Positions 1-9,834 of a stretch of DNA of 64,000 nt are shown piece after piece. The position numbers and the translations under genes are program-made. Position 1 is the stretch's first letter; each line of letters starts with the position of its first letter. The notes beneath the pieces were generated by a model. That model saw only the letters and a list, made by a program, of their open reading frames with translations. It was not told the DNA's origin and did no database searches. The DNA lies in contig OZ244621.1 of the NCBI GenBank assembly GCA_965218425.1, forward strand, positions 3,936,001 through 4,000,000, given 5' to 3'. The DNA is from an uncultured Candidatus Binatia bacterium. Lineage in GTDB: Bacteria > Desulfobacterota > Binatia > UBA9968 > CAXXLF01.

Positions 1-915
1 ACTCTCATACTGATCGCCCTTGTGATTCCCCTGCAGCGTTGGTTGCTCCAAAGGCGACGCTACACGACGGTTTCGGGTCAGTTCAAGCCGGGGTTGATCG
101 CCCTCGGGCAATGGCGGTGGTTTGTGTTCGGACTCGTTGTTTCCTTGGTGATCTTTCTCACCCTAGTCCCTCTCATCACCCTCGTTGGCGGGACTCTCAT
201 GACGCGGGTTGGCTTCTTTCAGGTGGACCCGTTGTTCACACTGCAGCACTGGACGGCGGTATTCAAATCCCGATTGTTCCTGAACGCGGTGAAAACCACG
301 TTTATTTTGGCGCTGTCCACGGCCGTGGTGAGCCCCGTGCTGTTCTCGGTGGTTGCATACGTGCTCGTGCGAACACGATGGCATGGAAGAGTCCTCCTCG
401 ACTCGCTGTTCTGGCTATCGGCTGCCGTGCCCGGCATTCTTTCCGGTCTGGGGTTGTTGTGGCTCTTTCTCGGAACACCGCTGCTGGTGACCATTTATGG
501 CACGATCTATGCGCTGGTTTTAGTGGTGATCCTACAAGGCAAACTTCTGAGCACGCAAATGATCAAAAGCGTGTTCCTCCAGATGGGGGCGGACCTGGAG
601 GAAAGCGCCCTCGTATCAGGGGCAGGTTGGCTGTACACCTACTTCAGGATCTGGTTGCCCCTGTTAATGCCCACTTTGGTGTTGATCGGAATTTTCAACT
701 TTGTGATTGCGGCCGGAGCCACTTCGAGCATCGTGCTGCTGGCGAGCAGGGGTACCGCTACCCTCTCTCTGTTGATTTTGGACATGATGGGCGGGACCCA
801 CACGGTGGAACTGGAAAGGGCGGGTGTTATTTCGCTGGTGATGGTCGGAATGACAACCCTGATCGCACTGGTGGCAAGACCCTTCGGATTCCGCGTCGGG
901 GTTCGGCATATCTAA
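1..915 (+). CDS. ABC transporter permease (FbpB/iron(III)-type), 5' end outside window
   Basis: Multiple TM segments; EAA-like loop LEESALVSGA; frame open from base 1; followed by an ABC ATPase. Confidence 0.88.
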   Translation, partial: TLILIALVIPLQRWLLQRRRYTTVSGQFKPGLIALGQWRWFVFGLVVSLVIFLTLVPLITLVGGTLMTRVGFFQVDPLFTLQHWTAVFKSRLFLNAVKTTFILALSTAVVSPVLFSVVAYVLVRTRWHGRVLLDSLFWLSAAVPGILSGLGLLWLFLGTPLLVTIYGTIYALVLVVILQGKLLSTQMIKSVFLQMGADLEESALVSGAGWLYTYFRIWLPLLMPTLVLIGIFNFVIAAGATSSIVLLASRGTATLSLLILDMMGGTHTVELERAGVISLVMVGMTTLIALVARPFGFRVGVRHI

Positions 916-969
916 AGGATCTGATCTTGTTAAAGCGGCATTTGGCCAAGGACATCGAAGGTTGATCAA

Positions 970-2148
970 ATGTTAAAACCCAATATGGGCGAGGTAACCA
1001 AACCCAACGGCAGCGGCGTACGAGCCGTCCGACTAGAGCACCTTTCCAAGACCTACGCGGGCAACCCTATACCGGCAGTGAATGACCTTTCGCTGGAAAT
1101 TTACGACGGCCAGATTTTCACCCTTTTGGGTCCCAGCGGTTGCGGCAAGAGTACCACCCTGCGCATGGTTGCCGGCCTTGAGGTACCTGACAGCGGGGAC
1201 ATTTATTTTGGCGACCGGCCCGTGGTCATGACTTCCAAGAGCCATTTCCTTCCACCCTTTAAACGAGACGTGGGAATGGTGTTCCAGTCCTACGCCATCT
1301 GGCCGCATATGACGGTGGAACAGAACGTGGCCTTTCCTCTAAAGGCCCGGCGTTTTCCCAGCAAGGAAATCCGTGAGCGAGTTGCCCATGCTTTGGAACT
1401 TGTGGGTATGGAGGGAATGGAGGATCGCCCGGGGCCGCTGTTGAGCGGCGGCCAGCAGCAGCGAGTGGCATTGGCGCGAGCGCTGGTGAACGAGCCACGG
1501 GTGCTGCTTTTAGACGAGCCCTTCAGTAATCTGGACGCCAAGCTACGCGAGCAAATGCGCCTAGAGGTGAAGCGGATTCAGCGTCGGCTGGCGGTGGCCA
1601 TTCTTTTCGTCACCCATGACCAGATCGAAGCGCTGAGCCTGTCAAATCACATCGCGCTGATCAACCAGGGCGTGGTGCAGCAACAGGGCCACCCACAACT
1701 GCTCTACGAGGAACCAACCAACGAATTTGTCCGCGATTTTGTTGGCAGGACGATCCTGTTCAAGGGCAAGGTCCAACTCACCAATCCTTCCGGACATATC
1801 GCCGTGGCCGTGGACGGGGCGCCGGACTGTACGGTGTTTGGACGCGGGTATGACCCTGACGGGATGGAGATCCACCAACGCGTATACATCGGTGTCCGGC
1901 CGGAGGATGTGGAAATTGTGCCGGCCAATGGCTCTCGACCACCGTCAGGTACCGTGCCGGGCATGGTGGAGACCGCTCTATTCATTGGGGAGCGATACGA
2001 GTATCAGGTGGAGGTGGAGGGCCAAGGCAGCATGCTGGTCTATGGGCCAAGGCACGGCTCTGTTTCCGAGGGAAGTAAGGTATGGCTGAAGTTGCGCCCG
2101 GATGGCCACAGCATGTGGAGCACCGACTGGTCTAAAAAACAGGATTAG
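970..2148 (+). CDS. ABC transporter ATP-binding protein (PotA/FbpC-like, TOBE C-terminus)
   Basis: Walker A GPSGCGKS, signature LSGGQQQR, Walker B LLLDEP, H-loop VTHD. Confidence 0.95.
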   Translation: MLKPNMGEVTKPNGSGVRAVRLEHLSKTYAGNPIPAVNDLSLEIYDGQIFTLLGPSGCGKSTTLRMVAGLEVPDSGDIYFGDRPVVMTSKSHFLPPFKRDVGMVFQSYAIWPHMTVEQNVAFPLKARRFPSKEIRERVAHALELVGMEGMEDRPGPLLSGGQQQRVALARALVNEPRVLLLDEPFSNLDAKLREQMRLEVKRIQRRLAVAILFVTHDQIEALSLSNHIALINQGVVQQQGHPQLLYEEPTNEFVRDFVGRTILFKGKVQLTNPSGHIAVAVDGAPDCTVFGRGYDPDGMEIHQRVYIGVRPEDVEIVPANGSRPPSGTVPGMVETALFIGERYEYQVEVEGQGSMLVYGPRHGSVSEGSKVWLKLRPDGHSMWSTDWSKKQD

Positions 2149-2196
2149 GTATCTCCTTTCATCGGCGCCCAGGACCAGCCCAACTGAATCATTGCT

Positions 2197-2439
2197 TCAT
2201 AAGACTCTTGAGTACTTGAATCCCTCACGCCTATCCATGCCCGCACCCGGTCCGCCCGCATAGGCGGTCGTCTCTCCCTCTTGCTTCGCTGCTGAAACTA
2301 CCTGATCCCATTTGGATTCTCACGTTTGCGCTGCGGTTAAAGAGCACAACGCAAGCATGCACATGATTCCAAGTAATAATCCTAGAACAGATTTTGTCGT
2401 ATCCCGTTCCTCATTTTGATCAGCCTTTATTACCCTCAC
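2197..2439 (-). pseudogene. Truncated N-terminal remnant of an ABC solute-binding protein
   Basis: Manual translation: signal-like SVLGLLLGIMCMLALCSLTAAQT*ESKWDQVVSAAKQEG. In-frame TGA at 2320-2322 where paralogs have Trp; frame ends after ~80 codons. Confidence 0.7.
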
Positions 2440-3260
2440 TACCGGGTCCGGCTTTTCGTCGCTCGCATAAGCAGAGGTCTAATTTTGGTATCGAGTTTCC
2501 AGTACTTCTCCAGACTCACAACCATGTAATCGGCGTCCTGTTTGGGCACCGTAAATTCCCGCAGCTTTTTCTTCGATGGAGTATCGATCCGAAGCGACGG
2601 ATAGCCGATGACCTCCTCCACTGCGGTCTGCCCGTCTCGAGAAAGCAGCCGGTTCATGAATACCTGCGCGGCGTTGGGATGGGGAGCCGGGTTCATCATC
2701 AAGGCTTGCCGGCCTCCTGAGGTCACTCCATAGCCTTCTTTCATTTGCTTCGGATTCACAATCTCCACAGGCAAACCCTGTTCCCGTGCGCGGTCGACGT
2801 CTCTCAAGGTGGGAAATAGCAGGATTGCATACCGACCTCGCCCCAGCCAGTCGATCATTTGTCGCATATCACGCGAGAAAGTGATGTCCATCTCACCGTA
2901 GAGTTGTTTCAGAAACGGGGGGGCCTAGCTGTTTGTTAACATACAGATACTTCACGTTCCCCGAGCCGGGTCCACTGCCCCTGATATCGCGGCTGACGAT
3001 CTTCCCGCGCCATTTAGGGTTCAGTAAGTCGCGGTAAGACGTCAACTTTGTTGGATCGACCAAATCGGTATTGACGGCGATGTTCGTGGTGGTGGCCATG
3101 GCAAACATGAGAAGGTACTTTTCCCCCTTGTCCGCAAACCAGTGCTTGCCTTCGAACCATTGACTTGTGTTTTTGACTTCTGGAAGCACCAAAGCCGACT
3201 TTAGGGATTGGAAGGCGCTCTGTGCTCTCAGGCTTCGAAAGAGGCGCCCACCTGACATTA

Positions 3261-4349
3261 TTGATCCTCGTATAATATAATGACATCAGAAAAGGCTGGA
3301 CTGTTTCCAGAAGGCGGTAACGAGACGAGGCCTGCGGCGCATTCGGCAAAGGGCGCGACGAGCATGGTGGCTGAGTTGAGCGAAGTCCTTGGCACAGAAG
3401 TTGGGCAGTTCATGATGCTTCCAGTATCCCCAGAGGTATTCGACGGGATTCAGTTCCGGTGCATAGGCCGGCAACCGTTCCAGCACCAACGCGCCTTCGG
3501 TAGCGGCAACAAAGTCCCGAACCAACCGGCTCTGGTGGCTGGGCAGTCCGTCCCACACTACCAGCAGCGGCCCGGAAACATGACGCATCAAGTGCTTCAG
3601 GAATTCGATGATCTGGGGGCTCTTGATGGCTCCCGGATACACTCGAAAGTACAAGCGCCACCAGGTGACTCCGGCGATGGCCGACAGACTCTTCCAGTTG
3701 AAGTGATATTGCAGCACTGGCGTCTGTCCTCGGGGCGACCACGTACGATACCGATTCGGCCGCTCGCTCAGCCCGCTTTCGTCCACGAACACTATGGTTC
3801 GCCCCTCGTTTCGGGCTTTTTTTTAATCTCCGGCCAGCGCTTCTTCTTCCACTGCCGGATCGCCTCTTCATCTCGTTCCAAGGCACGTCCCGTCGGCCGC
3901 TGGCAACTCCACCCCAACTGCCGCAATATCCGCCAAACATGGCCCGGATGGTATGTGACTCCGCAGGCTTCCCCAATCAAGTGGGCCACTCGCCTTGCGG
4001 TCCACAGGCTCGTGTCGTACCCCAGCGCTTCGGGTCCCCGTTTCAAACCGCCCTCGATCTTCTTCAGATCCGCCGGGCTCAGTCGCGGCTTGCGTCCGGC
4101 ACGCCCCGCCTGCTTGAGCCCGGCTCTGCCGCTCTCGGCCAACTGCCGCGCCCATCGATTCACCGACTGGCGGTGCACTCCCACCCAACGCGCCACCTCC
4201 GCCTCCGACAGCCCTCGCTTCAACAGCCTCCCCGCCTCCATCCACCGCCGCTCCAATGCTTCAAAGTCCCGTCGCACTCCAAGTGGGTTTCCCATACCAC
4301 CACTACACATTAGTTCTTATCCAATGTTACTATATTATGCGGCTCTCAA
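3261..4349 (-). mobile_element. IS630-family insertion sequence, copy 1 (1089 bp)
   Basis: TA duplication at 3259-60 and 4350-51; imperfect IRs ttgatcctcgtataatataatgacat / ttgagagccgcataatatagtaacat; HTH + DDE ORFs. Confidence 0.93.
3286..4310 (-). CDS. IS630 transposase (HTH ORF 3792-4310 + DDE ORF 3286-3792, joined by probable -1 frameshift)
   Basis: FVDESG, VVWDG, LPAYAPELNPVEYLW motifs; A8G slippery run (T-run 3817-3824) gives KKKARNEGRTIVFVDES in the -1 frame. Confidence 0.88.
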
Positions 4350-4770
4350 TAGAAACAGATCCGGAAAGTATTTGCCCGCCCTGCGTTCCGCAGTAAGCCG
4401 ATGGGCAAGATCGCTCCTTCCCCCTACATAGTTCACTTTTATGCGGGGGAAGGCCTTTTGAAAGTAGTCCCTGTAGACTTTCACATACTCTGGGCACCCC
4501 GGCCGTAGATCACGACCTTGCCTTCCTTGTTCGCTGCGGCAACGAACTTAACCCATTGCTTGCCGGGAGAGGCGCCTTCATTGATTGAATAAACCCCAAA
4601 TATCAGCCACAGAGCACCGACCAGTATTCGTAGGCGTCTCATGGGTTCCTCCTGTTCGTGTTCGCTCCACCAAAATAAGATAAGGTCATGAAACTAGGCG
4701 AATCGTCAAAGCAAGGGTAGAGCTCATCTATGATCAGTTCGGGCTTTTATTAGAGTCGGTATTTATTTTA

Positions 4771-4844
4771 TGTCAAGGCTCCAAATTTGACTGATTATAA
4801 TTTTGCACTTCATGTTGACACCCAAGCTCCTTGTGGCATAGGAT
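4771..4844. promoter_or_regulatory. Probable divergent sigma70 promoters
   Basis: TGTCAA 4771-76 (minus-strand TTGACA) and TTGACA 4815-20 N18 TAGGAT, lying between divergent genes. Confidence 0.45.
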
Positions 4845-4882
4845 CGGCCGGAATCATGGCAGTCCAGCAAGGAGGCTATTGA

Positions 4883-6064
4883 ATGGGTTCCCCACCTCTT
4901 ATCCCGCAGCAAATCTCCACCGCCATCAATGACATGTTGGACCACTGCGCCGAGCTCAAAGAAGGCCAGCAGGTTCTGATCGTTGCGGCCAAGGACGGCC
5001 TGTACGGCGGGATCAATCTGGTTGACGAGGTGACCGTTGCATGGACAGAGGCGGCGGTACAGCAGAAGGGCGGGCACCCCCAAGTCCTGTGGATGGATTT
5101 CCCTTCCAAGCCGGGGGTGATTTGGGGTGAGGGAAAGGATTCCGTCCACTCCTGGCAGCTCCCCTCGGTGTTAAAAAGAGCGGTTCAAGAGTCCGACCTG
5201 GTGATAACCCATTGCGTGGACCTGAGCTTTGAAGAGGAGTTGAAGGAGACACAGGAACTCTTTCAAAAGGCCGGGGTCCCTATGGTTCGGAACATGGCAA
5301 CCACGGCGCCCCTGCTCATGAGCCCATGGGGCCAAACTCCCTACGAACTGGTATCGGAGATACGTATTAAAACCGCGGCAGCCATTCGCCCCGGCCTACC
5401 TTGGACCATTACCCATCCCAACGGCACCCATATCCAGGGCATGGTTGGTAAACCATCAAGACCGCAAGGCTATGCCCAACGACGGCAGCCAGGGATCTAT
5501 CGACCTTTTCCCGAGGGTGTCTTTCCTTCCATTTCCACCCAGGGCGCTGAGGGGGTGGCCATCATTCACGAAACAGGAATACTGGGAGCCCGTCATATCG
5601 GTATCCCCTCCAAGTTTAGCGAACCCGTGCGCTTCACCATCGAAAAAGGTTTCATCTGCAACATTGAGGGCGGAGATGAAGCAAAAAGGCTACGGGAATT
5701 TTATCAATTTGTATCTAAGCACCTGGGAGAGTCGGCTTACGAAGTCAGAGGCTTCCACGGCGGTGTCCATCCGAGCGCGCACATTGCCCCGCATATGTGT
5801 CCAGACCAACTGTATCGTAGTTTTATTGAGCATCACCATTGGAGCAGTTTCCATGTCCATCTTGGTAACAGCCACCACTCCACTGAGTTTCCCTATAATC
5901 TGCATATCTCAGGAGAACTTCGCGGCGGGAACCTCCAGGTGGGCGATCAGTCTATTTACCAGGGAAGTCGGCTGACGGCGGCGGATGATCCCGCTGTACG
6001 CGCCATCGCCGAACGCTATGCCGACCGCCCAGGTATAGAGCCCCAACTGTGGGAGTCGCACTAG
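4883..6064 (+). CDS. Peptidase M29/NicX-like fold protein; possible non-heme iron ring-cleavage enzyme
   Basis: RBS aaggagg; pattern FPEG..., EPVRFTIEKGFICNIEGG, GGVHP, His-rich HHHWSSFHVHLGN...HISG resembles the M29/NicX C-terminal domain. Confidence 0.55.
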   Translation: MGSPPLIPQQISTAINDMLDHCAELKEGQQVLIVAAKDGLYGGINLVDEVTVAWTEAAVQQKGGHPQVLWMDFPSKPGVIWGEGKDSVHSWQLPSVLKRAVQESDLVITHCVDLSFEEELKETQELFQKAGVPMVRNMATTAPLLMSPWGQTPYELVSEIRIKTAAAIRPGLPWTITHPNGTHIQGMVGKPSRPQGYAQRRQPGIYRPFPEGVFPSISTQGAEGVAIIHETGILGARHIGIPSKFSEPVRFTIEKGFICNIEGGDEAKRLREFYQFVSKHLGESAYEVRGFHGGVHPSAHIAPHMCPDQLYRSFIEHHHWSSFHVHLGNSHHSTEFPYNLHISGELRGGNLQVGDQSIYQGSRLTAADDPAVRAIAERYADRPGIEPQLWESH

Positions 6065-6150
6065 GACACGGAGAGGTGCGACTCGCCTATGTGCCGCAAG
6101 GGCGAGAAGTGGCGCAAAATTTGGAATCTGGAGAAAGGATCACGGAGCAC

Positions 6151-7311
6151 ATGAACAACGCCACAAAAAGGAATTCTCTTAACGGTCGTTCGATCATGAT
6201 TATTTCGGCTTTCTTGCTGCCTTTCCAACTTCTGCACCAGGTGCAGGACTTGCGGGCGCAGGCCAAGGATAACTGGAAAGGCAGGTGGGAACAGACCGTA
6301 GAGGCAGCCAAAAAGGAAGGGCGGGTCAACATTTACTACTGGGGCGTCCCCAATGTCCTGAATAGCGGGGTTTTCCAGAAGGCCTTTCCTGGCATCAAAG
6401 TCGTCACCACCGTCGGCGTCGGGGGTCAACTCATGCAACGCATCCTGACGGAAAAGAGGGCTGACAAGCATTTGGCGGATATTTACATCGCGGGCATCAC
6501 CACTATGCCCGTACTGCAGAAAGCAAAGGCTTTGGATCCCATCAAGCCTGGTCTGATATTGCCCGAGGTTTTGGATGAGTCGAAATGGTGGGGCGGAAAG
6601 CACCATTACGGTGATCCGGAAAGGACTTACATCCTCTCCTTTGCACTGAGCCCTACCTATGGAGGGGTTAGTTATAACACAAACCTTGTCAATCCTAAGG
6701 AATTCAAATCCTATTGGGATCTTTTGAAACCCAAGTGGAAGGGAAAAATCGGCGCCAGGGATTTGCAAAGGGGTGGTCCGGGAACGACCTCGCTCCGTTT
6801 CTTCTACTACAACAAGCTGCTTGGACCTAAATACGTCAAGCGTCTTTTCGGCGAAATGAATATTACCTTATTTCGGAATAACCGTCAGGCGCTGGACTGG
6901 CTTGGCACCGGCAGATTCGCCCTTGCCTTCTTTCCTCTAAGGGTCGCAGAAGCCAAGGCCACCGGTCTCCCGGTGGATTCACTAAAATCGGTCATGAAAG
7001 AAGGAGTAGGGCTCTCTTCACGAGTCGGTTACATTAACATTTTGAATAAAGCCCCGCATCCCAATGCGGCCAAGGTTTTTCTCAACTGGTTCCTTTCCCG
7101 GAAAGGGCAGGCTGCCTATCAACGGGCAGAGGCAAAAGCCGGTAGTCCTTCAGATTCCCTGCGAATTGACATTACAAAAGATTATATTCCCCTGGAAGAC
7201 CGACGCACCGCTGGAATTGACTATCTCGACCTTGGGGCCCCGGAGGTGTCAGATCCAGTGCCGGTTCGTAATCTTCTAAAGAAGATCCTAGCAAAACCAA
7301 AAATGAGATGA
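6151..7311 (+). CDS. ABC extracellular solute-binding protein (cluster D/FbpA-like)
   Basis: WEQTVEAAKKEG, ILPEV, YNTNLV, SYWDLLKPKWKGKI, APHPNAAKVFLNWFLSRKGQ. Confidence 0.88.
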   Translation: MNNATKRNSLNGRSIMIISAFLLPFQLLHQVQDLRAQAKDNWKGRWEQTVEAAKKEGRVNIYYWGVPNVLNSGVFQKAFPGIKVVTTVGVGGQLMQRILTEKRADKHLADIYIAGITTMPVLQKAKALDPIKPGLILPEVLDESKWWGGKHHYGDPERTYILSFALSPTYGGVSYNTNLVNPKEFKSYWDLLKPKWKGKIGARDLQRGGPGTTSLRFFYYNKLLGPKYVKRLFGEMNITLFRNNRQALDWLGTGRFALAFFPLRVAEAKATGLPVDSLKSVMKEGVGLSSRVGYINILNKAPHPNAAKVFLNWFLSRKGQAAYQRAEAKAGSPSDSLRIDITKDYIPLEDRRTAGIDYLDLGAPEVSDPVPVRNLLKKILAKPKMR

Positions 7312-7385
7312 GGAGAGAGTGCGGAATATTCTCCGAGTATCACGCCACCAAAGGAAAAATACACAAATTTTAAGGAGCCAAACCC

Positions 7386-8417
7386 ATGTCGCGTCCCGCT
7401 ACCGGCCCGCAATACAGCCGGCTCGAAGCATTGCATGAGAAGTACTCCCGCCACAACTTGAGGGGGATGTGGCAGCGGGGAGGTGGAAGCATCACCGGAT
7501 CGAGCTCGCCCATTTGGCGATGGACAGAAATCCTGCCAATCCTTGAGGAATCCCTAGAGGTTGTACGCCTTCCGGAAGACACCGACCAGCGCGTCGTGGG
7601 GTTGGTCAGCCCTGGAAAGGATGGAGCCGATCGCGCTCTGTCCATGGCATTTCAGCTCTTGAATCCCGGAGAAACGGTACGTTCCCACCGGCACACCCCG
7701 ACACAGATGAGGTTTATTGTGCAGGGGTGCGGGGCCTATACGACGTCGGAAGGCGAGCGGATGTCCATGGAGCCCGGCGATCTACTCGTCCAGACCAATT
7801 GGAGTTGGCACGGCAGTGCCAATTTCGGTGAAGAACCTGTGCTCTGGCTCGACCTCCAGGACCGCAGCTTGGTCAATTACCTGGGGGCCTTTCTGCGGGA
7901 ATTTTGGCCCGAAGACGCCGTCCAACCAACCACCAGGCCGGAGGAATACCACCGCAGGTTGTCAGGCGGTTTGCGTCCGTCAAAATCCATGAGTCAAAAC
8001 GATTCGCTTCCACCTTTCCAGTACAAGTGGAAGGACACTTTACGAGCCTTGGAAGACCAGCTAGAATCCCATGAAGATGATCCTTACGATGCCATTCTAT
8101 TCGATTATAGAAACCCCTTCACCGGGGGGCATACCGCCCCCACCATGAGCGCGCAAATCCAGGTCCTTCGCCCCGGGCAGACGACTCGTCTCCATAGGCA
8201 TACGGGGGCAACCATGCATCATGTGGTGGAGGGTCAAGGAAGCAGCACCGTCGGCGAGGAGGACTTAAGCTGGCAGGAGCGGGATAGTTTTTTTATTCCA
8301 CCGCTTCAATGGCATCGCCACCACAATCGCTCAAAGGATAAGCGGGCGATGCTTTTTTCCATAAGCGATCGACCCATACTGGAAGCTCTAGGATTGTATC
8401 GTGAGGAAGGCAAATAG
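7386..8417 (+). CDS. Cupin ring-cleaving dioxygenase, gentisate/1-hydroxy-2-naphthoate 1,2-dioxygenase family
   Basis: Bicupin with HRH..RF...WSWH and C-terminal HRH...WHRH; Y.NP.TGG motif. Confidence 0.85.
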   Translation: MSRPATGPQYSRLEALHEKYSRHNLRGMWQRGGGSITGSSSPIWRWTEILPILEESLEVVRLPEDTDQRVVGLVSPGKDGADRALSMAFQLLNPGETVRSHRHTPTQMRFIVQGCGAYTTSEGERMSMEPGDLLVQTNWSWHGSANFGEEPVLWLDLQDRSLVNYLGAFLREFWPEDAVQPTTRPEEYHRRLSGGLRPSKSMSQNDSLPPFQYKWKDTLRALEDQLESHEDDPYDAILFDYRNPFTGGHTAPTMSAQIQVLRPGQTTRLHRHTGATMHHVVEGQGSSTVGEEDLSWQERDSFFIPPLQWHRHHNRSKDKRAMLFSISDRPILEALGLYREEGK

Positions 8418-8510
8418 AGTTTGTGTTTCTCGACCAAACGATTCCATAAACCTGGGCAAAGATATTGGAAATTTTCGGTTGAATTATGGATTACGGATTG
8501 GGGGAAAGAA

Positions 8511-8724
8511 AACTCGCGCAAAGACGCAAAGCACGCCATGTATAGGTAGAATAACGAATTCAAAACTCGAAATCCGAAATTCGAAACAAATCCAAATGAT
8601 CAAAAAACAAAACATTCCAAACGGTCTCCTTTTGGATTTCGATTCTTTAGTTTTGAGTATTTTGGTTTGTTCGAGATTTCGAGCTTGGGATTTCGGATTT
8701 TAAGTCTGGGGAGTCTTGGCACGA
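8511..8724. repeat. Intergenic heptamer-based imperfect palindrome (REP/MITE-like)
   Basis: Arms aaaactcgaaatccgaaattcgaaacaaatccaaa (~8562-8596) and tttggtttgttcgagatttcgagcttgggatttcggatttt (~8661-8701); outer cgcgcaaagacgcaaagcacgcc. Confidence 0.6.
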
Positions 8725-8791
8725 TACACGTTGTTGAAGTCGTTCCGTTGAACGTTTGAAAGATAAGAATTAATCAAGTAGGAGGATCACT

Positions 8792-9763
8792 ATGCTAACA
8801 GTGAAAGATGTGAAAGGCGTCATGGCGATGATGCCAGCGTTTGGCACGGCGGATGCCGCAGACCTCCAAGCACCGTCCACTGTGGATGTGGACAACCTCA
8901 AAGACGGCGTGGATCGGATGGTCCAGGATGGAGCCGATATCATCACCACCACCGGCAGCTTTGGCGAGTGCTACAACCTGTTTTGGGATGAGTTTCAAAC
9001 TCTGGCCAAGGCCACTGTTGAGACAGTCAAAAAACGTGTCCCATTGTTCATAGGCACAACGAGCCCGAATCCCCGGGACGTCGTACGGAAAATGAAGTTC
9101 GTCCAAGAAATCAAAGGGGATGGAGTCCTGCTTGGCATTCCCTACTATGACCCGCAGTCGCCAGATTTTATTGCCGACTTCTACAGTCAAATAGCCGAGA
9201 TGTTCCCAAACCTTGCAATCCTAATCTATCATAATCCCGTAAACCATAAGGTTAAAATCCCTCTTCAGGTGTTTCCAAAGATAGTCAAACATCCGAATAT
9301 CGTGGGAATGAAGGATAGCCACCGCGACACCAGAGAGTTTGTGCGGCTGCAAAATATCATTGAGGGTAAAATCAGCGTCCTGGTGAATCAGGCTCAGCTT
9401 TTCCCCTTTGCGCGCATGGGAGCTGCGGGTTGTTGGTCCATTGATTCTTGGATGGGGCCCTGGCCCGTGCTGCATCTCAGGAATCTTGTCCGGCAAGGCA
9501 AAGACAGGGAAGCCCAACAGGTGGTGGGTGAGTTGATGGGCGGTAGCGGTGGTGGAAGACCCGACCCCGGCGAAGGAAGCACTGGGCAGTTACCCCTTGA
9601 ATTTGCGGGCTACTGTAAGCCCGGTCCCACACGGACCCCTATCGTTAAGTTCTCACCCGCAATGATCGAACGCGCCAAAAAGAAAGCAGAACACTGGAAG
9701 GCCCTCTGTGAAAAGTATCGCCCCCTCGTGGAGGCTCAAGGACCCGTCGCGGCTGCAAGATGA
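8792..9763 (+). CDS. NahE/PhdJ-like hydratase-aldolase (DHDPS/NAL family)
   Basis: N-terminus LTVKDVKG..MP...DAAD...TVD, GSFGEC, YHNP, Schiff-base GMKDS; resembles benzylidenepyruvate hydratase-aldolases. Confidence 0.8.
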   Translation: MLTVKDVKGVMAMMPAFGTADAADLQAPSTVDVDNLKDGVDRMVQDGADIITTTGSFGECYNLFWDEFQTLAKATVETVKKRVPLFIGTTSPNPRDVVRKMKFVQEIKGDGVLLGIPYYDPQSPDFIADFYSQIAEMFPNLAILIYHNPVNHKVKIPLQVFPKIVKHPNIVGMKDSHRDTREFVRLQNIIEGKISVLVNQAQLFPFARMGAAGCWSIDSWMGPWPVLHLRNLVRQGKDREAQQVVGELMGGSGGGRPDPGEGSTGQLPLEFAGYCKPGPTRTPIVKFSPAMIERAKKKAEHWKALCEKYRPLVEAQGPVAAAR

Positions 9764-9834
9764 AAACTTCTCCGGGTTCGAATACGCATCACGCTTGAAA
9801 TATTATGAATCAGTTCCAATAAGAGGAGAATCCC

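Larger units (their letters stand above)
2439..4642 (-). pseudogene. ABC solute-binding protein disrupted by IS630 and two frameshifts
   Basis: N-terminus MRRLRILVG...AANKEGKVVIYG from 4642; frameshift ~4495; ...AERRAGKYFPDLFL | IS630 | MSGGRL...LPEV; frameshift at G7 2917-2923; C-terminus APHPNAA...LSRDGQ. Confidence 0.85.

Noticed and set aside
3280..4431. 383-aa plus-strand ORF (and its counterpart at 52334-52996)
   Set aside because: Antisense to the IS630 transposase, and broken by a stop in copy 2.
8401..8703. 100-aa ORF (and the 75-aa ORF at 18653-18880)
   Set aside because: Translations of repeat or palindromic intergenic DNA.
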